A stretch of 64,000 nt of DNA, taken from NCBI GenBank assembly GCA_038087875.1, contig CM075993.1, positions 10,852,001-10,916,000 on the forward strand, given 5' to 3'. Source of the stretch: Malacoraja senta (taxonomy: Eukaryota). The notes beneath the pieces are model-generated. The model had not been told where the DNA came from and did not search any database. It saw only the letters and a list, made by a program, of their open reading frames with translations. The translations under genes and the position numbers were made by a program. Below, piece after piece: positions 63,829 through 64,000 of the stretch. How positions within the stretch are numbered: position 1 is the first letter of the stretch; every line of letters begins with the position of its first letter.

Positions 63829-64000
63829 AGCCCTGTCCCACGGTACGAGTTCATTCCAAGAGCTCTCCCAAGTTTAAAAAAAATCAAACTCGTGGTAAGC
63901 ACGGAAAATGAACGTAGCAGGTACGTCGGAGCTCGGGGACGTCTCTTAGCGCTAACGGCAGGTACTCGGGAAGACTCGCTAACGGCAGGTAAGCACGGGA
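63829..64000. mobile_element. Start of a second Harbinger-like MITE (cut by window end)
   Basis: Begins agccctgtcccac, similar to the 54532 TIR; interrupts a CR1 tail. Confidence 0.45.

Overview
Eukaryotic, gene-poor, transposon-saturated genomic DNA. It is very likely a cartilaginous fish (skate/ray), inferred from the dense mix of CR1/HER1-type LINE fragments, HE1-like V-SINEs and Penelope pseudo-LTR repeats. No host protein-coding gene can be supported. Resolvable elements: (1) a degenerate Gypsy LTR retrotransposon (3333-12440, minus; GTGT TSD, tRNA-Trp PBS) with a nearly intact 5'-truncated L1 nested in gag (15-bp TSD); (2) a nearly intact IR/DR Tc1 element (35682-37298; one nonsense codon); (3) four members of a TAG...CTA DNA-transposon family making 7-bp TSDs (hATw-like), one with an internally inverted transposase core and three piled into one CR1; (4) a CAGGG...CCCTG element with a 6-bp TSD; (5) a Helitron-like 3' end carrying two minisatellites; (6) P-like and Harbinger-like MITEs and solo LTRs; (7) many Penelope pLTRs with a minimal hammerhead-like core; (8) a GC-rich non-autonomous retroposon family whose 5' ends carry CTCF-like or YY1-like motifs. 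One repeat-free AT-rich block (~56090-57470) looks like a conserved non-coding element. A 200-N gap lies at 50755-50954. All family names come from motif recognition, not database searches.
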